A DNA stretch of 64,000 nucleotides from the human T2T-CHM13v2.0 reference genome, Homo sapiens. The DNA lies in the NCBI RefSeq assembly GCF_009914755.1, contig NC_060931.1, one strand, 5' to 3'. Below, piece by piece: positions 1 to 18,670 of this stretch (the stretch's first letter is position 1; every line of letters starts with the position of its first letter). A program made the position numbers and the translations under genes. The notes beneath the pieces were generated by a model. That model saw only the letters and a program-made list of their open reading frames with translations, did not search any database and was not told the DNA's origin.

Positions 1-342
<342 letters not shown>

Positions 343-1396
343 TTAGGTTGATGCTGTATCTTGGCTATTGTGACTAGTGCTGAAACGAACATGGGAATGC
401 AGATGTCTCTTTGAAATGGTGACTTAGTTCTTTTAGGTGTATACCCAGTTGTGGGATTACTGGATCATATGGAAGTTCTATTTTTAATTTTTTGAGGAGC
501 TTCCCTACTGCTTTCCATAATGGCTGTGCCAATTTACATTTCCACCAACCGCCTGTGAGGAAAACGGTGTGGGTTCCCTTTTCTCCATGCCTTTGCCAAC
601 ACTTACCTTTTCTGTTTTTAGTAATAGCCATTCTAACAGGTGCAAGGTGATAGTTCATTGTGGTTTTGATTTTCATTTCCCTGATGATTAGTGATGTTGA
701 ACATCTCGTATAACTGTTGGGCATCTGCATGCTTACTTTGGAGAAATGTTTATATGCATCCTTTGCCCAATTTTTATCAGGTTTTTGGGGGTTTTGATTT
801 GGTTTTGTTATTTGTGGGTTTTTGGTTTTGTTTTGTTTTTTTTTTTTTTTTTGCTATTCAGTGGTATGAGTGTATTTTAGATAGTGACCCCTCATTAGAT
901 CTATGGTTTGCAACCATTTTCTCCCACTCGGTAGGCTGTATTTTCATTTTTTTTTTCCTCTCCCGTGCAGAAGCTTTTTAGTTTGATGTAACCCCATTTG
1001 TTTAGTTTTGCTTGTGTTGCCTGTGCTTTTGGGTTCACATCCAAAAAGTTATTTCCTAGACCAATGTTGAGGAACTTTTTTCCTACATTTTCTTCTAGGA
1101 GTTTTGTGATTTCAGGTCTTAAAAGATTTAAGCCTTTGATCCATTTGAGTTGATTTTTGTGTACGGTGTAAGATAAGGATCCAGTTCCACTCTTTTGCAT
1201 TGGAGATCCATTTTTCCCAGCACCGTTTATTGAAAACATTATCCTTTCCTCACTGCATATTCTTGGTGCCCTTGTCAAGTATTAGTTGACTGTGTATGTG
1301 TGGGTTTATTTCTGGGCTCTGTTCTGTTCCCCTGGTCTATGTATCTGTTTTTATGCCAGTACCAGACTGCTTTGATGACTGTAGCTTTGTAATGTA

Positions 1397-2005
<609 letters not shown>

Positions 2006-2124
2006 AACTGTAGTTCAAAATCAAGAAGTGTGATGCCTTCAGCTTTGTTCTTTCTCAAGATTGCTTTGGCTGTTTGGGGTCTTTTGTAGTTCCATATGAA
2101 TTTTAGAGTTGTTTTTTCTTTTAA

Positions 2125-2389
<265 letters not shown>

Positions 2390-2574
2390 TGTTTTTTCTA
2401 TACATGTGAAAAATGCCATTGGAATTTTGATAGGGGTTGCATTGAATCTCTAGATCACTGAGTAGTATGGATATTTTAACAATGTTAATTATTCCAATCC
2501 ATGGACATATGATATCTTTTCATTTATTTGTGTCTACTTTAGTTTCTTTAATCAATGTTTTATATAGTTGTTAG

Positions 2575-2897
<323 letters not shown>

Positions 2898-3176
2898 TCA
2901 CCCCAGTTAAATTTATACTTAAGTATTTTGTTCTTTTTGATGCTATTGTAAATTTATTTGTTTTCTTAACTTCTCTTTTGGATAGTTTGTTGTTAACGTT
3001 TAGAGACACAACTGATTTTTGTATCCTCAACTGTACTAAATTTGTTTATTAGCAGGTTTTTTATGGAGTCTTTAGGGTTTTCTAGATATAAGATTGTGTC
3101 ATCTGCAAACAGAGAACGTCTTCCTTTCCTATTTGGATTTTTTTTCTTACCTAATTGCTTTGGCTAGGATTTATTG

Positions 3177-3398
3177 ATTTTCGGTCTGGATGATCTGTCT
3201 GTTATTGAAAATGGATAATCAAGTCCCTACTGTTATTGCACTGCTGTCTATTTTCTGTCTGGATGATCTGTCTGTTATTGAAAATGGATAATCAAGTCCC
3301 TACTATTATTGCACTGCTGTCTATTTTCTGTCTGGATGATCTATCTGTTATTGAAAATGGATAATCAAGTCCCTACTATTATTGCACTGCTGTCTATT
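3177..3398. repeat. 73-bp tandem triplication of L1 sequence
   Basis: TCTGGATGATCT starts at 3185, 3258 and 3331; the copies are nearly identical. Confidence 0.95.
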
Positions 3399-3469
3399 TC
3401 TTCCCTCTTTTCTGTTAATATTTGCTTTCTGTTTAGGTGCCCCAATATTGGGTGGATGTATATTTATAA

Positions 3470-4054
<585 letters not shown>

Positions 4055-4340
4055 TATAAACTCATAACTTGAATTGCATATATTTTTACCTCTCCACCCC
4101 CACATGCATTTTATATTATTGATTTCACAATTTAGATTTTTGTGTGTGTCTATCCATTAACAACTTATTGTAGCTACAGCTGTTTTTGATACTTTTGTCT
4201 TTTAACTTTTATACTAGAGTTAAAAGTGACTTACACACAATCATTAAATATTAGAGAATTCTGAATTTTGACCATATACTTACCTTTATCAATGAGTTTT
4301 ATACCTTCATATGTTTTTATGTTGTTAAATAATATCTTTT

Positions 4341-4665
<325 letters not shown>

Positions 4666-5261
4666 TTAGCCTTTCTTGTAACGACAGGTCTACTGATGAT
4701 GAACTCCCTTAGTTTTTGTTTGTGTTGGGAAGTTTTGATCTCCCCTTCATTACTGAGGGACAGCTTTGCCAGGATAGTATTCTTGGTTGGCAGGGCTTTC
4801 TTTTGCTTTTGGCATTTTGAATATATCCCACTCTCTTCAGGCCTACAAAGTTTCTGCCGAGAAATCTGCTGATAGTCTTATGCAGGGATAAGGGGGGATT
4901 TTTTGAAAAGAGTTGCTTTTCTCTTGCTGCTGTCAAAATTATCTCTAGCTTTGACTTTTGGCAGTTTGATTATAATGTGTCTTGGTGAAGACTTCTTTAT
5001 GCTCAATTTATTTGGGGTTCTTTGGGCTTCATGGATCTGGATGATCATTTTCTTCTCTAGTTTTGGGAAGTTTCCTGTCATTATTTTTTTTTAATAAGGT
5101 TTTTGCCCCTTTCCCTTTCTCTGCTTCATCTGGGACTCCCAGAATATGTATACTGTTTTGCTTGATGATATTCCCAATTCCCATAGGCTTTCTTCACTCT
5201 TTTTCATTCTTTTTTTCTTTTTGTTACTCTGCCTGGATAATTTCCAATGATCTATCTTTGA

Positions 5262-6621
<1,360 letters not shown>

Positions 6622-7439
6622 TGACTGGCTTTGGGAGAGAAAGACCTTCATCAGTCATCCTAGCTAAGGATTTGAGGGATCGCTCAGATCTTTTCTGTAG
6701 ATACACCCACTCTACTCCTGTTGCTCCCTCTTAGGGAGAGAAGTCTTAGGTTGTAAGCTCCTCTCAATCCTCCAAAGCTGGGTCTACACTGAGCACCTCC
6801 CATTTTCCCTAATGCAGTGCTCTGAAGCATTCAAGGTTGGGCACCTTCTCCCAGTCCAGCAGAGTCAAGCCGGCTGCTCAGATTTGCATCTGCCGTTGAG
6901 ATCTGTGTACTGTTTGGGAGGAGGGTGCATGAGACACCATATGCTCAGGGGTACGTGGAGTGCTGGGGGCATGGATCAGTTGGTTGGGGGGCCCACAGGC
7001 AAGTTGTTCTGTGGGTTCATGGGCGGGCCTCCTGGTGGAGTGTTAGCTGGTTAGTGGGATCCATGGCTGGCTGTTGGTTGCTAGGCATGTCCTTCCCTTC
7101 TCCTAGCAGTCCCCAGGTGACTCAGCCATGCTGATTCCTCAGTGTTCTGGGGAGAGACACAGGTGGGCTATTGGGCAGCATCCTATAAGGTTGGGGAAGC
7201 TGGTGCTCACTCAGCACTCAGTTTCCCCTGTGGGAGAAACCACAGGCCCAGGGGGGCCTCATTGGAGGAGCACTAGCACAGGTAAACTGAACCTTCTTAG
7301 CCTCTTCGGTGTGCTCTCTTTGCCCTGTGGGGTGCTAGAACCTCTCAGTGTTTCTGTGGGGGCATGAGGGCTGGAACCTCCTATTCTGTCACCTTCCTGG
7401 CCTCTTCCTACAATTATTTTTATGCTCAAATTGCCCCCG

Positions 7440-10090
7440 ATTTGGACAGGGGGAGAGCCTTCAGGCTGCTCCTCCAGCCCTCTCACATGTCCCCAACGTT
7501 GTTCAGCATTTCCTTATTTTCCAGCACTAGACATTCTAAGGCTCACCCTGTACTCTCTCTGCTCTTCCCTGGAAATAGTCATTTCTCCAAAGAGTTCTGT
7601 TCCCTTGGAATAGAGAATGGTATTTACAAACCAAGAAATGGATTTCAGGTGTGCCAGTTGTTTCTGGGGTGGCATTGCTTCTAGGCCCCTTCGGTGGACA
7701 GAGCTGGGAAAGAAACTGTGTGTATCATATATATCTGCACACGTAAGCTGTGTGTGTATCATATATAATACATCTGCACATATAAACTGTGTATGTATCA
7801 TATATAATACATCTGCACTTATAAACTGTGTATGTATCATATATTAATACATCTGCACATATAAACTATCATATCTGTACATATAAACTGTATATCATAT
7901 ATATCTGCACATATAAACAGTATCATATAATACATCTGCACATGTAAACTGTATCATATCTGCACATATAAACTGTATATCATATATATCTGCACATATA
8001 AACTATCATATATAATACATCTGCACATACAAACTATCATATCTGCACATATAAACTATATCATATATATCTGCACATATAAACTATCATATATAATACA
8101 TCTGCACATACAAACTATGTATCATATATAATACATCTGCACTTATAAACTCTGTGTATCATACATAATACATCTGCACATATAAACTATCATATCTGTA
8201 CATATAAACTGTGTATATCATATATATATGCACATATAAACAGTATCATATATAATACATCTGCACATACAAACTGTATGTATCATATATAATACATCTG
8301 CACTTATAAACTGTATCATACATAATACATCTGCACATATAAACTGTATCATATCTACACATAAACTGTATATATCATATAATATATGCGCATATAAACT
8401 ATCATATATCTGCACATATAAACTATGTATCATATATATCTGCACATATAAACTGTGTGTATCATATATAGTACATCTGTACATATAAACTGTATCATAT
8501 ACATCTGCACATATAAACTATCATATATAATACATCTGCACTTATAAACTGTGTACCATATATATCTGCACATATAAACTGTATCATATATATCTGCACA
8601 TATAAACTATCATATATAATACATCTGCACATATAAACTGTGTATCATATATAATACATCTGCACTTATAAACTATCATATATATCTGCACATATAAACT
8701 GTATCATATATATCTGCACATATAAACTGTCATATATAATACATCTGCACATATAAACTGTGTGTATCATATATACATCTGCACATATAAACTGTGTGTA
8801 TCATATATAATACATCTGCACTTATAAACTGTATCATATATATCTGCACATATAAACTGTATCATATATAATATATCTGCACATATAAACTATCATATAT
8901 AATACATCTGCACATATAAACTGTATCATATATAACTGCACATATAAACTGTCATATATATCTGCACATATAAACTGTCATATATATGCACATATAAACT
9001 ATCATATATAATACATCTGCACATATAAACTGTGTATCATATATAATACATCTGCACATATAAACTATCATATAATACATCTGCACATATAAACTGTATC
9101 ATATATAATACATCTGCACATATAAACTGTATCATATATAATACATCTGCACTTATAAACTGTGTCATATATCTGCACATATAAACTATCATATAATACA
9201 TCTGCATATATAAACTATCATATATACATCTGCACATATAAACTATATCATATATCTGCACATATAAACTGTGTGTGTATCATATATAATACATCTGCAC
9301 ATATAAATTGTGTATAATACATCTGCACATATAAACTGTGTATCATATATAATACATCTGCACATATAAACTGTATCATATCTGCACATATAAACTATCA
9401 TATATCTGCACATATAAACTATCATATATCTGCACATATAAACTGTATCATATATAATACATCTGCACATATAAACTGTATCATAATACATCTGCACATA
9501 TAAACTGTCATGTATATCTGCACATATAAACTGTATCATATATATTTGCACATATAAACTGTGTATCATATACATCTGCACATATAAACTATCATATATA
9601 ATACATCTGCACATAGAAACTGTATCATATATCTGCACATATAAGCTGTGTGTATCATATATATCTGCACATATAAACTGTGTATCATATATAATACATC
9701 TGCACATATAAATGTATCATATATATCCACACATATAAACTGTGTGTGTATCATATATCTACACATATAAACTGTGTGTATCATATATAATACATCTGCA
9801 CATATAAACTGTGTGTATCATATATATCCGCACATATAAACTGTGTGTGTATCATATATATCTGCACATATAAACTGTGTGTGTATCATATATAATACAT
9901 CTGCACACATGCTTCTCTGTATTGAAAACCAAATTGTCACGGACCACTCCCATTCTCACGCAGCATTTAGGGCTGTGGCTAGCCTTTCCCAGCTGTAAGA
10001 AACCTGTCTTTCAGCATGATAAACACATTTACTTATTTGCTCAGTCCTCTAATATGCAGAAAGTAGTTTTAGAATTGCCAAAACCATACA
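7440..10090 (-). mobile_element. L1MC4/5-like 3' end split by the VNTR
   Basis: CATTTCTCCAAAGAG...GAATGGTATTT...GCTTCTAGGCCCC...GGACAGAGCTGGGAAA lies before the array and TATTGAAAACC...CTAGCCTTTCCC after it. Confidence 0.6.
7713..9908. repeat. About 2.2-kb AT-rich minisatellite (VNTR), unit ATCTGCACATATAAACT(GT)0-4ATCA(TA)n[ATAC], about 23-39 bp
   Basis: Directly visible, roughly 70 imperfect units (estimate). It sits inside an L1MC-like 3' end. Confidence 0.97.
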
Positions 10091-11803
10091 ACTTGGAAAA
10101 ACAAGCATGATTACTTCAAGATGTGTTTGTAGCTCCTTCTGTCCTGGCATTGGACGTGGAGAGAAAGCACAGACTGTTCCAAGTTTCATTTTTCCCCTTC
10201 TCTGAAACGCAGAGAGCGTTGTTTGTTTCTGTTTGTATTTCATTTGGGTCCTCCCTCTAGCCTTATTCATAAATTTGTAAATGATCTTTAACAATCTGTT
10301 ATATTTATGATGTTTTACTGCGTGCTGCCTGTGAAAATGTTTCCTTCTTCTGACACGTTCCAGAACAACTAGGCTTTTAAATTCCAAATATTCCTGTTTC
10401 ACAATAAACCAGATGAGGGCCTCTGTTGTGCCACAGCTTTTGGAATGTGGTTTATTACCAATAGAAGTGGCTGCGTGGCTTGTTATGGTTTCAATTACAC
10501 GTGAGTAACAACCGGGGCCCTTCTGTGTCAGGTGCTGCTGATCAAGGCTGGCTAATGGGGACCTCGCTGTCCAGAACGGGCGTTTCCCATGGCCCGGCCC
10601 AGCTGTTTACCACTTCTGTCTACCATTTCAGAGGGGCTTTGCGGAGATTAAATGAGGTGAAGCGCTCTGAGAACCTCAGTCCTAAAGAATAGCAGTTATA
10701 CTGGTTTTTGTATTATATTTATATATTCTTCTTGTTAATATACTGGTTTTAATGTTCATCGTTCTCTTGGGATCCCATGACAGTGAGCCTGGTGTACCTG
10801 AGGTCTGGGATACTCACACCTCTCCCCAGTCCCATGCTCCCCACTGTGGCAGTGCCTGTCAGGGACCCTGCTGACCCCAGGAAGCCTCGGTGTCCCCAGC
10901 GCTGGCTCTGCTCACACAGGCAGCAGGCTTAGTGTTCTCTGGCCTGGCTGCACTGACTGGACCAGGGACAGGGGAAGGGCCCCAAAGCACCCTGTTCCAG
11001 GCAGCCGGCCAGTCGTGGCCGAGGAGCTCCATTCAACAGTGGCACCCAGAGGGGCCAGGGTCTCATAAAGCTGGTCAGACGCCCCCTCTGGGCAGGGGTG
11101 TAGGAAGCGGCTGTGCAGCCGGGTCCCAGGTAGGGAGGCATAGAGTGAAGGCTGTGAGCAGGAGCCCTGGGGCGGAGGGCCAGGAGAAGGCTGGGCACAG
11201 GTCCATCGGTGGCAGCTGGGTGGGCAGAGCAGAGAGGCTGCATCTGCACGACGGCAGGGCCCTGGTGTGGGAACAGCAGACGGGGCCCCTGGGTGCGGCG
11301 CCTCCTTCCCACATCCCTGCTGCTCCTGCATCTGCTGCTGGAGAAGACCACGACGTGCTCAGACCCCGGCACTGGAGAACTCCAGATGTGGTGAGGGCTG
11401 CACGTTAGCTGCATACGCACATCTGGAAGGTGAGGCAGACGTGCCCACCGCCTCCATGCCTGGCCCACAGTTGTGGGCATGCAGAGCTCCTCTGTGGCAG
11501 GCCCAGGCTGCACCAGCTGCCTGGAGAGGCACTGGGGGCGGGGCCTCACTTGAGGGGCAGATTCTCCCACCCAGCCAGTCCAGGCCCAGCGGCTGGAGCA
11601 TCCCGTCCAGCAAATTGTCCTGCAAGTTGCCCTGGAGACCCAGCGTCTCTCATCACGTCTCACTCCCCTGCCAGATGCCTCTGCGGCAATAACGAGAGTG
11701 GCTCTGCCTTCTGCACTGAATGCCGACAGGTGACCAGAACATGACACTGGGGTTATGCAGTGCCCTGGTTGATATTCTAGTTCATCAGGGAGCTTCTGGA
11801 ATG

Positions 11804-13069
<1,266 letters not shown>

Positions 13070-13293
13070 TCAACAGAAGGAAACCATCAAAGAGGTTACA
13101 TAATCAAAACTGTGTTGTCAAAATATTGCTGGACAGAGATGGCGGCTGGTCCGGCACGTGGGAATGTTGGTGACAAGAGGTCAGTTCGGTGGCTCTTGGA
13201 CCTCCCAGGCCAGGAGGGAAGCGCCCAGGCCAAGGTGGGAGCCTGAGAATAGAGATTTCAAGAGACGCTTCTAATGAATGCTCATCAGAATGT

Positions 13294-13870
<577 letters not shown>

Positions 13871-14993
13871 TGAGAAGGGGGCGGAGGCTCATAGATTTCA
13901 GAGGAGGAGGATTTCAACCTGAGGCGCGTTGCGTTTTCTGGGGCTAGTGGCACCCGTGGAAGTCAGGGCTGAAGGATGTAGACACCAGCTCTGGGTGGCA
14001 GCCTAGGGATCCAACAAAATGTGCAGTCCCTTGAGGAGAACGAGGTATGAGAGGAAGGGGCCCCAGAACAGAGCAGCGGGTGAGTCCAGCGGGTGGAGAG
14101 AGGCCCTGTGAAAGCAGCCACAGACCAGCCGTGGAAGCATCTAGAGTCAACTCAGACACCTCCCAGGGAAGGCAGTTCTACAGCACGGAGCCAGCATCAC
14201 GTAGAGACTGAACATTAACTGAAGTGTGTGGGCTTCTGGAGGGCCGCGCTGTACCTCCCTGAGCGTGGAGGACTCCGGATGTCTGTGTGGATGCTTGTGT
14301 GTAGAGAGTGTTATCAAAGTGCTATAAAACTTGGATTTTTCTAGTGACAGTAACACTGGCCAGGGAATGGGGAGCTTTTCTTGTTCTCAGCCTTAACTGT
14401 TGCATCACAGGCTGCACTGATGAAGCCGATGGGGAGTGTGGCTGCACAGGGGCCGAGTTCACCAGAAGGTGACACTTATCTTGAGTAGAGCTGGACAATG
14501 ATGAAAAATGATGTTTGCGTGGTAAAATGATGAAAGGGAACAGGGCCAGTTTAACATGTCCTAAGGATGCAGGGGGTGTTCAGAGTTCGGGGGCCGTGTG
14601 TTTGGGGAAACAATGGCCCCTGTGTGTCCCACAGGCCAGGCGGGCTCGGGTGCCAGAGCTAAGCAGTGCTGACCTTGACATGTCCAGATGACGATGCTTG
14701 GCCCCAGGACTTCCATGGCCCCCTCCTCACTCTCCCCAGCAAAGGCTGACCTTTCCGAGCACGACTGACCATGGCCACCGCGGTGTTTCCCTCCCTCCTG
14801 CTCTGGGGAAGGAGCCGTCAATCCCTCGTGCACTCAGTGCCACCAGGGCTGCTCCCGCCCGGGGCTCACACTGATGTAAGGCCTGATGAGCCTGGGCCTC
14901 GCCAAGCAGAGCCAAGTCTCAAGCCCACGCCGGGGCAGCTTCAGCTCTGGTGGAAGGAAAAACGATCAAGACCAGCTTTTAAGGTATTTTCTA

Positions 14994-15176
<183 letters not shown>

Positions 15177-16760
15177 CATTGAGAATGGATTATTCATTTC
15201 ATTTTGTCAGTGTTTCCAAAGAAAGAGGGCAAATTCTTCCACTTACATTATTATTATGTTTGCCAGTTAACATTTGGCCATGTTTGCTTTTCCTGTGGTT
15301 TTTCAGTACACGTGTATATACAGTTACGTAGGGAGCCATTTATACCCATGCATGTTCTGATGGGATTGTTGGAGTACAGACATGGCCACGCTTCACTTGG
15401 TAGCCTCAGCCTGCAGCCTGGGAATGAGCGCGTTCTCCAGGGCACCACAGCACCTCTCGACCAGCTTCCAGTCCCGTCATTCTTCATTAAAAATAAGACT
15501 TCCTGTGCCCCTCTCCCTCTCTCCCCCGCAGAGATCACTCTGCTCATCTTTAGGCCACTGAAGTAGTCCCGGAGGGCCTGGGTCCGCGAGCCTGGTGAAA
15601 AGCGATGCTCCGACCTCATCTGTGACTCTCGAGGGCTCCTCGTCCACTGTGGCGAGTGCAGAGGACGCGGCCTGGGCAGTGCCTGCGGGGAGACCGTGCT
15701 GGCCTGGGCTGCCCAGTGAGCGGGGCTCCTCAGGCTTCCTGGGCCCTCGTCCTCCCGGACTGGTGGCACTGTGTGCCTGTTGGGGGGTGGCAGGCAGCGG
15801 GAAGGCCCAGGTGTGGCTTGCAGGCCTCTAACGCCAACTGCACAACCTTGAAGCTCCACTCCAGCTACGCTGTGGCCCCATAGCCAGGTCTGGGGTCATT
15901 TCTTATGACACCACCTGTCCTATTTTGTTACCTTGTCCCTGCGCTAGTTAAAAAGCAAGTAGAAAGGTTAAGCATCACTTGTGCAGTCCCCTGGCAGCTA
16001 GGCGACGGCCCCTCTGTCAGCCTGTCAGTCAACAGGGCTGGAAGGGTCCATGCTCACCGGACCTGTCTGGCCTCCTCCTGACCGTCAGCCAGGGCACCAC
16101 CCACTCTGAGCTGCTGTGGCCCATCATGTCAACTTACCATTTCCTTTCTCTCTAACTGTTCAGGCAGGCCTGTGAGCCCACAGAATCACAGCCTCAAGCT
16201 CTTGGCCTCAGGGTGGGCCCCCTGACAATGATTCTCAGTTCTTCTCTCCGCTGATCTTTCTTCCTGATGGAGAGGCACGGGGTAGGCGGCCGGCTAGCTG
16301 TCGCGGGCTCTAGTGAAATCTGTGGACAAGTGCTGAGATAGGAGACACTGCACTGGTGACGCCTCAGGGCCTCAGGGTCACACCAACAGGGTCCGGCTGG
16401 TGCCGCGACCAAGTCACAGCGCCTGTCTCTGTCATCAGCTTTTCCTTTTCTCCCATATTTTCAACTTGGTTAGAGGGCAGGAGTCCCGCTCGGTTTGCCA
16501 GCAACCTCACATTGATAAGAATAAGGGCACTTCTAGCTCTCCGATCCTGGGAGTTTATGACGTATGACGGGTTTTGTGTCCCTGAAAGGACGTAGGACTG
16601 TGTCTATCATTGGGTTGGTTCTCATCGAGACAGAGCGGGTGCCTGTTTATTGAGCAGACTGGGTCTCTTCCCATGGAAGTGCACATAGGAGGGTCTCTGA
16701 ATCCATTCTTCTTTTCATTCCCCATTCTGCCGTGAATATTGTTGCAAACATCCACACTAA

Positions 16761-17483
<723 letters not shown>

Positions 17484-17801
17484 AATGGAAAGTCAAGCAA
17501 AGCTTGCAAAGTACAAGACAAGACCCAAGGCTCTGAGGACCAGCCTAACATCTCGGAGCCCAGCACCGCACGGCAGGCACCTGACAGCCACCCTCCATCA
17601 AACAGAGGCTGTTACTGTTTCTATTACTATTACTACTATTATTATTGCTTAATTTTGCCCAGCCTTGGCCAAATCCCTGATTTCCTAGGAAGACTCAATC
17701 CCAAACAGATGTGTGCAAAGGCCTAATTATCAGACAGGATGCAAAAACAAAGCACAACAAACCTAGACCTCCCGGGAAGTCTTTGTCCGGCACTCACCGC
17801 G

Positions 17802-17945
17802 TGTGGAAAAGCAAGCTCATACAACCGGGGCGTAAAACACACTCATTTAACTCATCAGAAATGCAAGGTGATTATCTGAGATTTATTTTATCCTTGCCTT
17901 CAAAATTCTGATTAGTGAAGGAAATGCAAGTCAGTCCGGTCCCAA
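17802..17945 (+). repeat. Probable source copy of the inverted duplication at 13320-13458
   Basis: Reverse-complement match; it retains 3 CpGs that are TpG in the other copy. Confidence 0.95.
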
Positions 17946-18355
17946 GCCAGCTGGAGCAACCCTCAGATCGCCAGTATTCTCGCCCTTTCTGACTTCAAGG
18001 GACAAAGGGTTTTAAAGGCCCTCTGTTTTCTGAATCAGACTTAACAGGGCCGACGGAGTCTGGTTTCCTACTTTAGCAATGGTGGAAATAACACTGATAA
18101 ATCAAGTTTTGGAGGTGTTCGAGCCTCACACCTAGGCAGCGGAGTGTAGGCTGGGGAGCTTGCGGGGACGTGCTGCACTGGCCCAGGTGTCCTGCCGCAC
18201 CCACAGAGCACTCAACACAGAGCTCAGAGACAGCGGGTATATCACACAAGATGCACTTCCGGAACTGTGCCTCCACCCCTGTGTGTGTGAAGGAATGAGT
18301 GTTCCTTTTTTCCTTTTATTTTAACAGTTGACACTGTTAAAATAGTTCACATGAG

Positions 18356-18670
18356 GGCTGGGTGCGGTGGCTCACGCCTATAATCCCAACACTTTGGGAG
18401 GCCAAGGCAGGCGGATAACTTGAGGTCAGGAGTTCGAGACCAGCCTGGCCAACATGGTGAAATCCCGTCTCTACTAAAAATACAAAAATTAGCTGGGCGT
18501 GGTGGCAGGTGCCTGTAATCCCAGCTACTCGGGAGGCTGAGGCAGGAGAATCGCTTGAATCTGGGAGGCGGATGCTGCAGTGAGCCGAGATCATGCCCCA
18601 CTGCACTCCAGCCTGGGCAACAGAGTGAGACTCTGTCTAAATAAATAAATAAATAAACAAATAAATAAAT
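18356..18670 (+). mobile_element. AluS with (TAAA)n tail
   Basis: Alu consensus match. Confidence 0.93.

Noticed and set aside
7514-9784. Repetitive ORFs (MIQFICADVLY...) and a CRISPR-like appearance
   Set aside because: These are translations of the minisatellite. The inter-core segments are microsatellite variants, not unique spacers, and the context is human.
10890-11747. Stack of 140-270 aa ORFs on both strands
   Set aside because: GC-rich, with no recognisable protein, exon structure or polyA/TSD of a processed pseudogene.
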